Assembly: GCA_050302415.1 (NCBI GenBank)
Contig: JBNLBB010000002.1
Span: 1 to 57,954 of the forward strand
Origin: Gammaproteobacteria bacterium
GTDB lineage: Bacteria > Pseudomonadota > Gammaproteobacteria > JBNLBB01
Length of the DNA stretch: 57,954 bases
Direction of reading: 5' to 3'
In this document: positions 52,185 through 57,954 of the stretch, one piece after another
Numbering within the stretch: the stretch's first letter is position 1
Layout of the letters: the number at the start of each line of letters is the position of its first letter
The notes under the pieces: generated by a model
What the model saw: the letters and a program-made list of their open reading frames with translations, nothing else
Told to the model about the DNA's origin: nothing
The model's database searches: none
Made by a program: the position numbers and the translations under genes

Positions 52185-52406
52185 TTACCGATCGGGTAAC
52201 GGATCGCTCTTGCAGGAGTCACCGGGGCGGGTGGTTTTACCGACCACGCCGGGCGCAGAAAGATCCGCAGCCCCGGTAATGGCCTGCCACAGCTGTGAAG
52301 GGGAATGGAATGCGGTCTGCTGCCCGGATACCGGGTCCATCACCAAGCCCTGGACCTGATCGTGTTCGCGGTCATTCCGGTAGACCCGGACGATGTAACT
52401 TTCCAT
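52185..52406 (-). CDS. Small hypothetical protein (73 aa)
   Basis: ATG 52406 is preceded by AGGAGG at a 5-nt spacing. The product is MESYIVRVYRNDREHDQVQGLVMDPVSGQQTAFHSPSQLWQAITG.... The track ORF (to 52553) is an unlikely upstream extension. Confidence 0.6.
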   Translation of the reverse strand: MESYIVRVYRNDREHDQVQGLVMDPVSGQQTAFHSPSQLWQAITGAADLSAPGVVGKTTRPGDSCKSDPLPDR

Positions 52407-52497
52407 GTTCGCCTCCTGCCTGGCTCGCGATTCGTAAATGCTTTGCCAGCTAGTTAAGTCCCACCAGGTTACATATGGGTAACCGATTCGATGCCGG

Positions 52498-53367
52498 CTA
52501 CTCTGCGGCACTGATGCTGTGATAAAGCGCCTTGGTCTCCGCAGCCGGTTCAATGGCCAGGCGGCTGGACAGTATCTGCTGGCAGCGCCGGTATATGCGC
52601 ACCGCCTCGCCGTGCTCCCCCATACTGATGTGAGCGCGCATCAAGGCACGATAGAAGCCCTCGGCCAGTGGATCGACCTCCAACCCATAGAGGGCAGCAT
52701 CTACGGCCAGGTCCGTCAGCCGAAGCATCAGTGCCTGGTCGACGATCCGTTGCAGGGCCCGGGAAAACCCTACATGCAACCGCTCCCGCGCACCCAACAC
52801 CCAGTACCAGTCGTCTTCGGGCAGCAGGATGCCGCTGTAGGTGGCCCGCAGCCGCGCCCAAAGTGCCTTCAGGTTGCCACCATCGTCGGGGGGATTTCGG
52901 GATTGATTGATCAACTGTTCCAGGGTGCGCACGTCCACCCACACCAACTCGGAATTGATCTGCATCCGCCCCTCCCGGAACTGCACGCACTCCTTGCCGA
53001 TCAGTTTGCGCAGGCGCGACAGGGTGGTCTTCAGGGTTGCCGGCTGATTCTCCGGCGGGATATCCGGCCACAGCGACTCCCCCACCTCTTCGGCATTCAG
53101 CGACTGCCCGCGATGGATGGCGAGCAGTTTCAGCAGATTCAGCGGTTGCTTGGGCACTTTCTTGCCCAATTCCAGCGGTTTCCCATTAGTCTCTATGCGC
53201 AGCCCGCCGAGCGTCCTGATCCTGACCGGCCATGGCCACTGTGGCTCCAGGCAGGCGGCGCCCAGTGGTTTCAGGCCAATGCGTTGAATGACCGTCATCA
53301 CGAAGTCCGTCTCGATGTCGTGGCTCAATGCCAAAGAAAAATCCGGGAAAGGCTGGGATGGCTCCAA
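52498..53367 (-). CDS. SARP-type module: OmpR/PhoB-like winged helix + BTAD domain. It is either a separate protein or the frameshifted C-terminus of the upstream STAND gene.
   Basis: WPWPVRIRTLGGLRIETNGKPL...TLKTTLSRLRKLIG is a wHTH, and a helical BTAD region follows (YRALMRAHISMGEHGEAVRIYRRCQQIL). The track start 53367 is TTG, and the first ATG is 53298. This frame stays open upstream of 53367. Confidence 0.7.
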   Translation of the reverse strand: MEPSQPFPDFSLALSHDIETDFVMTVIQRIGLKPLGAACLEPQWPWPVRIRTLGGLRIETNGKPLELGKKVPKQPLNLLKLLAIHRGQSLNAEEVGESLWPDIPPENQPATLKTTLSRLRKLIGKECVQFREGRMQINSELVWVDVRTLEQLINQSRNPPDDGGNLKALWARLRATYSGILLPEDDWYWVLGARERLHVGFSRALQRIVDQALMLRLTDLAVDAALYGLEVDPLAEGFYRALMRAHISMGEHGEAVRIYRRCQQILSSRLAIEPAAETKALYHSISAAE

Positions 53368-55703
53368 TGTACGGTGTTGAAGTAACGCTGTGAACGCCCC
53401 AGCAACAGCGCTGAGCGCAGTATATCCAGCGCCCCGGCCTCATCGCGCTGATCGATGCGGATCTGGGCCAGCGTCAGCTCCAGCATGTAGCGCAGCATGT
53501 GGAATCCGCACTCCCGGGCGAGGTCAATACCGTCCTGCGTCGCTTTCACACCCTCCTCAAACTGTCCACATTGGGCCAGGGACATGCCCACTCCCCACTG
53601 GTGTATGCACTGTTGGAACGGCGTCTCGGAAAGCTCGATGATCTCCCCTGCCTGTACCATGCGTTCCCGTGCTTCCCTGTAGTGTCCCTGGTTGATATCC
53701 AGCCACCCCCGCATGAACAGGTAGTTGGCATAAAAGATACTCTGCTCTTCCTTGATCGACGCCGGCATACGCTCGACGTAAGTGGCCGCAAGGCGCCAGT
53801 CACCCGCCAAAAACGCGGAAAAGGCTCCCTGGATGAGCAGCGTGACGTCCATGAGGTGAATACCGAATCTTGCGCCATAGGCCAGCCCCTCCTCTGCGGC
53901 CCGCAGCCCCTCTTCCGGTGATCTCACCACCCACGAGAACATGGCCTTGGTGCTGAACCACACCATGTTGGTGAAAGGATCAAAGGCCTGCCGGCTGGCG
54001 ATGGGGGATAGGCGCTCATAGAGCAGTTCAGCTGCAGAGAGGTCGCCCATATAAATATGCTTGCGCATCAAATGGGCTCCAATCAGCAGTTTGTTCTCCG
54101 CGCTTGGCGCGAAGATCAGCAAGCGCTGCAGTTTCTTTTGAAGCTTCGGCAACAGCTGATTGGTAGGTTGGTGCAGCAGCAAGGCCGTAAACAGTATGAC
54201 TTCGCAGCGCAATCGGGTTTTCAGGGAGGCTTTGAGCGGATTGCCGGTGCGCAGCCGCCCCATTTCATCAATCCAGTAGCTCAATTCTGTAAATCCGCCG
54301 AATCTGAAAATGATGGTCTCCACCACTCCGGCCCAAGCCAGGAACTGTCCCTCTACCTGTCGTGAAGCCTGAAACAGGTGGTAGGCAATCTCCAACGCGG
54401 ATTGGGCGGCCACGGTGTCGGTCTGGCGCAGGCACATGCCATACCAGTAACTCAACCACGGATGCTCCTCCCGTGTTTCGTCGGCAACATTGTCCAGCCA
54501 CTGCAGCAATGTCTGCCACCGCCCCTTTTCAAACAGCGATTGCGCCTGGGTTTCAATGGCACGCGCATAGGGTAGCGGGTCTTCGATCTGTGCAAAGCAT
54601 TGGACTGCCAGGTCCGATTCGCCCTGCTTTTGAAAGTGTGTTCCCGCCAGTTGGAGGACATGATCGATTTCCGCACCATCCAACCGGAGATCAGCGACAC
54701 TCAGCAGATACTCCCTGAACAGGGGGTGATACCGATACATCACCGGCTTGCCCGCCGACTTTTCCAAGAAGTAATTGTTCCGGTAGAGCTGATCGATCAG
54801 GTCGGCGGTTTGCGGATCGTGCAGCAGTTCGCTGGCCAGCGCGACGCTGAACCCCGGCGGCTGCGCTGTCAGCAGCAGCAGGTGCTGGACCCGGGTGTCC
54901 AGTCCATCAAACAGGGAGGTGGCGTAGTATTCAAAAATCTGCCCAATGGTGTCGTCCGAATCGTAATCGGGCCCGTCTTCGGTTTCAGTCAATCCGGACT
55001 TGAGCATCAGCGATAGTGCCGTCACCCAGCCACGGGAGATCTCGAGCAGGCGCCGGGGCAGTCTCCGGTCCTCTTCCCAGGGATGATCGGGCAACAGCAA
55101 TCGCCCCAGGGGAATCACCTCGTCTTCGGTAAATGCCAGATCGTGTGCTTCGATTCGCTCAATCCCCCGCGTCACCCGCACCTTTGCCCAGTGTGGCGTA
55201 GGTGCTATGCGACCGATCACCACGGCGTCGATATCGGTGCGCAGGTTGGCGTACAATTCCGCGAGCATGGTGCCCACGGGTGAGTTGGTGGGCAGCATGT
55301 GCAGATCATCGAACACGATGGCGGACTTTTCCGGGAGCAGATTACCCAACAGATCGGCGTATTCCCGTGCGAATCGCTGCGGATTCCCCTGATACTGTGC
55401 GGTGAATAGGGGCAGAATCGATGCCGCCTTGCCCACTTTCTCCTGCACGCATTCGCGCAGATAGAAAAACAATGCGGCCGGATCACTGTCCTCTTCATCA
55501 ATGCGATACCAAACCACCGCGTCGTCACGGACTGACAGGCAATCACGCATCAAGGTGGTTTTGCCATAGCCGGCAGGCGCATCCACCCAGATTACGGATC
55601 CCGGGTTCCGCTGGGAAATTCTGCGCAGCAGCCGCTCCCTTTTCAGAATCGAACGGTGCTGTGGCGGAGCCGCCTTTCGGGTCGGAAACTGAGATCTGAC
55701 CAT
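53325..55703 (-). CDS. MalT-like STAND ATPase with a C-terminal TPR-like sensor region, lacking its own DNA-binding domain
   Basis: 792 aa. Walker A is DAPAGYGKTT, Walker B is AIVFDDLH, and a MalT-type GWVTAL motif is present. About 400 aa of helical repeats follow, and there is no LuxR HTH at the end. Confidence 0.8.
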   Translation of the reverse strand: MVRSQFPTRKAAPPQHRSILKRERLLRRISQRNPGSVIWVDAPAGYGKTTLMRDCLSVRDDAVVWYRIDEEDSDPAALFFYLRECVQEKVGKAASILPLFTAQYQGNPQRFAREYADLLGNLLPEKSAIVFDDLHMLPTNSPVGTMLAELYANLRTDIDAVVIGRIAPTPHWAKVRVTRGIERIEAHDLAFTEDEVIPLGRLLLPDHPWEEDRRLPRRLLEISRGWVTALSLMLKSGLTETEDGPDYDSDDTIGQIFEYYATSLFDGLDTRVQHLLLLTAQPPGFSVALASELLHDPQTADLIDQLYRNNYFLEKSAGKPVMYRYHPLFREYLLSVADLRLDGAEIDHVLQLAGTHFQKQGESDLAVQCFAQIEDPLPYARAIETQAQSLFEKGRWQTLLQWLDNVADETREEHPWLSYWYGMCLRQTDTVAAQSALEIAYHLFQASRQVEGQFLAWAGVVETIIFRFGGFTELSYWIDEMGRLRTGNPLKASLKTRLRCEVILFTALLLHQPTNQLLPKLQKKLQRLLIFAPSAENKLLIGAHLMRKHIYMGDLSAAELLYERLSPIASRQAFDPFTNMVWFSTKAMFSWVVRSPEEGLRAAEEGLAYGARFGIHLMDVTLLIQGAFSAFLAGDWRLAATYVERMPASIKEEQSIFYANYLFMRGWLDINQGHYREARERMVQAGEIIELSETPFQQCIHQWGVGMSLAQCGQFEEGVKATQDGIDLARECGFHMLRYMLELTLAQIRIDQRDEAGALDILRSALLLGRSQRYFNTVHWSHPSLSRIFLWH

Positions 55704-55863
55704 TGTTTTTGTCTGGACCTGTGTGTCATTGTTTTAAGCAGAGGCAGTCCATTCCTCCCCACCGCACTTTCCCACTGCCTGTCCCCCGCATGCGATGGCC
55801 TGATTTCAAGTGTAGAATATTGGCTTCGCGACTTCCTACTCATTTTGCCGAACGGGCGGACTC

Positions 55864-56514
55864 ATGGATCATTTACGTAAAGTTGATCTTTTTTCTGCGC
55901 TAAGCGATGAAGAGCTTCAATCCGTTTCAGACAGAAAAATCGTGCGGCGTTACCCGAAGGATGCGGTAATTCTCAACGAAGGTGACCATTCGGATGCGCT
56001 CTATGTCATCAAGGAAGGAAAGGTCAAGGTTGTCAAAAGCGGCCCCGACGGAAAAGAGGTGGTGATTGCGCTGATGGCCGCGGGCGACTATTTCGGTGAA
56101 ATCTCGCTGATTGACGAACAGCCCAGATCCGCTTCCATCATTGCGAAGCAAAACAGTGAGCTCATCATTATCCGCAAATCCGATTTCCAGGAAATATTGA
56201 TGAGCAATCCCACCTTCGCTCTCAATGTCATGCGGGGATTCTGTGAGCGCCTGCGCAGCGCCGACCGGCACATTGAAAGCCTTGCACTCATGGACGTTTA
56301 CGGCCGTATCGCCAGATTGCTGCTGGATCTGTCCAAACCGGAAGGTGAAAAAATGGTGGTGCCGGAACAGCTCACGCACCAAGACATAGCCAACATGATT
56401 GGTTCGTCCAGAGAAATGGTGACACGCATCCTGAAGGATCTGTCCACGGGCGGATATATAACCATCCAGGACCGGCGCATTACCATCGAATCGAAACTGC
56501 CCCCGGCCTGGTGA
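55864..56514 (+). CDS. Crp/Fnr family transcriptional regulator
   Basis: 216 aa. It has a cNMP-binding beta-barrel (GDYFGEISLID) and a C-terminal HTH (HQDIANMIGSSREMVTRILKDL). There is no N-terminal Cys cluster, so it is not a classical FNR. Confidence 0.88.
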   Translation: MDHLRKVDLFSALSDEELQSVSDRKIVRRYPKDAVILNEGDHSDALYVIKEGKVKVVKSGPDGKEVVIALMAAGDYFGEISLIDEQPRSASIIAKQNSELIIIRKSDFQEILMSNPTFALNVMRGFCERLRSADRHIESLALMDVYGRIARLLLDLSKPEGEKMVVPEQLTHQDIANMIGSSREMVTRILKDLSTGGYITIQDRRITIESKLPPAW

Positions 56515-56842
56515 CCGCCACTACCGGTCAGGCAAATAGGCGGACAGCACCTGAACTGACTGAAAGACGCGGGCAAGGTTGACCGCAATCAATTTGCGCA
56601 TGGACAGCAGCACCTGCTCGCCACGAATCCGCGTCACCAGACTTACCTCAACGGACAGTGGTGGACACCCTGTTCTGCCATCCATGCACCGGCTCTGCGG
56701 TCCAAATCCAGTTGGATGCTGTCCGCGTCCAGTTCCAGGGGCATCAAATCCCGTGGCAGGATCATCGAGAGTTGCATGCCACCCCGCCGTACCTGAACGC
56801 TGCCGACCACCCAGATTCACCTTATGAGCATGGCGGTGAAAA

Positions 56843-56877
56843 TAAAAAGCCGCGGGCAAACCCGCGGCTTGTTTTTT
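56843..56877. terminator. Bidirectional intrinsic terminator
   Basis: AAGCCGCGGG-CAAA-CCCGCGGCTT 10-bp hairpin, flanked by A5 upstream and GTTTTTT downstream. It lies 13 nt after the stop of the 56890-57318 gene. Confidence 0.85.
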
Positions 56878-56889
56878 GGAAACGCTAAA

Positions 56890-57318
56890 CTACGCAGCTT
56901 CGTAAACGGCTCTGGCCGGAGAGGTGATTTCGCCGTTCTTCTTCAGCGTATTCAAAGCCTGCGCCAGATATTTGACGTTGACCCGCTTCTTCTGCAGTTC
57001 ATCACGAAGCGCCTGACTGCTCAGTTTACCTTTGGCCCGAAGGACCTCCAGCACCTGATCGTTCAGACTGACGCGCGTGCGGCGGCGGGTAGTCTTTTTG
57101 GTGGAAGTGACACCTTCAGCACCATATTTTTCCAGTTGCGCATCGATTTTCGCAAGTTCCTTGGCAAAGGCCCGTTCAACCTGCTTTCGCTGCTTCTTGA
57201 GCGCGGTGATCTTTGACTTGTTCACTACCGCCGTTTTCTTTTCTACCCGTTCTTTTTTCTTTGCCAGCTGATACAGTTCCCTTGCACTCAAGGCATCGAT
57301 TGCACGTTTTTTTGCCAT
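56890..57318 (-). CDS. Small lysine-rich protein with a coiled-coil-like N-terminus and a winged-helix-like C-terminus (possible nucleoid-associated/DNA-binding protein)
   Basis: 142 aa from ATG 57318, with SD GAGGAA upstream. It begins MAKKRAIDALSARELYQLAKKKERVEKK...; the basic linker is STKKTTRRRTR and the C-terminal part is VSLNDQVLEVLRAKGKLSSQALRDELQKK.... Confidence 0.6.
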   Translation of the reverse strand: MAKKRAIDALSARELYQLAKKKERVEKKTAVVNKSKITALKKQRKQVERAFAKELAKIDAQLEKYGAEGVTSTKKTTRRRTRVSLNDQVLEVLRAKGKLSSQALRDELQKKRVNVKYLAQALNTLKKNGEITSPARAVYEAA

Positions 57319-57487
57319 ACTGTTCCTCAAAAATTTTGATAACGAATGAATTGCCGGTTGCAAAATGATTATTAAATTAGGACGTTTTTATATATATAAG
57401 ATTCAAATAGCGATTGCAACCAAAGAAGGAATTTTATTTTTTATAAACAACCACAATAAATATACACATCGGTCTGTTCAAAACTAA

Positions 57488-57954
57488 TTACCGCCGTTTC
57501 ATCAACGCAAGACACTCCACATGCCAGGTATTTGGAAAATAGTCGTACGGTGTAATGTGCTGCACCTTGTATCCGGCTTCACCCATCATCACGAGGTCTC
57601 GCGATAGGGTTCCGGCGCTGCAGGAGAGATAGGCAATAAGCTCGGGACGAAGGCTTGTGGTTATCCACTCTCTGGTCTCAATATCGATGCCGGTTCTTGG
57701 CGGATTGATATATAAAATTCTGCGGCCGGAATGCTCACTGAACCATGCATTCAACTGCGGAATACGATCGTGACAGGCACCCACCAGCACACGGCTCGCC
57801 GGTGAGTTCCGAGTGGCACACTTAACCGCCTCCCTGGAAGATTCCACACCGATCGCTGAAGCGCCTGAGCCTGTCCACATCCTGAGTGTTGAGCCGATCC
57901 CGCAATAGAGATCCGCGATCACACTGTTACCATCCGGCTTTATATATTCCCTGA
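57488..57954 (-). CDS. Partial CDS (C-terminal ~155 aa): RNA (uracil-C5)-methyltransferase of the TrmA/RlmC/RlmD family
   Basis: Contains the SAM motif DLYCGIG, the INPPRTG motif, a catalytic Cys context (YLSCSAGTL) and the C-terminal FPNTWHVECLAL. The frame is open to the window end (REYIKPDGNSVIADLYCG by hand translation). Confidence 0.8.
   Translation of the reverse strand, partial: REYIKPDGNSVIADLYCGIGSTLRMWTGSGASAIGVESSREAVKCATRNSPASRVLVGACHDRIPQLNAWFSEHSGRRILYINPPRTGIDIETREWITTSLRPELIAYLSCSAGTLSRDLVMMGEAGYKVQHITPYDYFPNTWHVECLALMKRR

Noticed and set aside
52420-52440. Sigma54-like element CTGGCAAAGCATTTAC upstream of the 73-aa ORF.
   Set aside because: The -12 element reads TTAC rather than TTGC (the GC dinucleotide is missing). 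No bacterial enhancer-binding AAA+ protein is nearby; the STAND ATPase is not of that class.
55701-55735. Direct repeat CATTGTTTT x2 (55701-55709 and 55727-55735) in the STAND/crp divergent region, as possible SARP binding repeats.
   Set aside because: The 26-nt spacing does not fit the 11/22-nt SARP periodicity. One copy is simply the STAND start-codon context, and the other creates an out-of-frame upstream ATG. The evidence is too weak to call.

Overview
This is a GC-rich (by eye about 58-60%) gammaproteobacterial core-chromosome window, densely packed with housekeeping genes in blocks syntenic with E. coli and Pseudomonas. From left to right I read: tRNA-Arg/tRNA-Ser, csrA, lysC, alaS, recX, recA, thpR, pncC; then mutS; then xerD, ogt, rplS-trmD-rimM-rpsP, ffh. 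Next come ypjD/corB-like genes, a PilZ protein, radA, dnaB-rplI-rpsR-rpsF, rlmB, rnr, tRNA-Leu, and purA-hisZ-yjeT-hflCKX-hfq-miaA-mutL-amiB-tsaE-nnr. The right part holds queG, an HD-GYP response regulator, orn, an M48 peptidase, rsgA and recR-ybaB-dnaX-ffs. I saw no CRISPR array, transposase, prophage or recognisable defence operon. The non-routine content is mostly non-coding or regulatory. (1) Two intergenic stretches are extremely rich in GGA motifs on the minus strand and end in hairpins carrying GGA in the loop. These are candidate CsrB/RsmZ-type sponge RNAs for the CsrA encoded in this same window. The dnaB-radA locus is the stronger one because it also has a promoter and an intrinsic terminator. 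(2) The right-hand end (about 52.0-57.5 kb) looks accessory. It holds a MalT-like STAND ATPase whose SARP-type (winged-helix + BTAD) output module lies in a different, overlapping reading frame. Downstream is a 73-aa ORF with a perfect SD, bracketed by two GGTTAC...GTAAC palindromes, followed by a multi-helix, pseudoknot-capable 3' element. Beyond that are a divergent Crp/Fnr regulator, a possibly frameshifted small ORF, and a small lysine-rich protein (coiled-coil plus winged-helix-like C-terminus) preceded by a very AT-rich region. All functional calls come from reading motifs in the supplied translations and hand translation; no database search was run. Many track ORFs are over-extended at the 5' end (the track accepts GTG/TTG and takes the first start) or are antisense shadow ORFs of the GC-rich genes.
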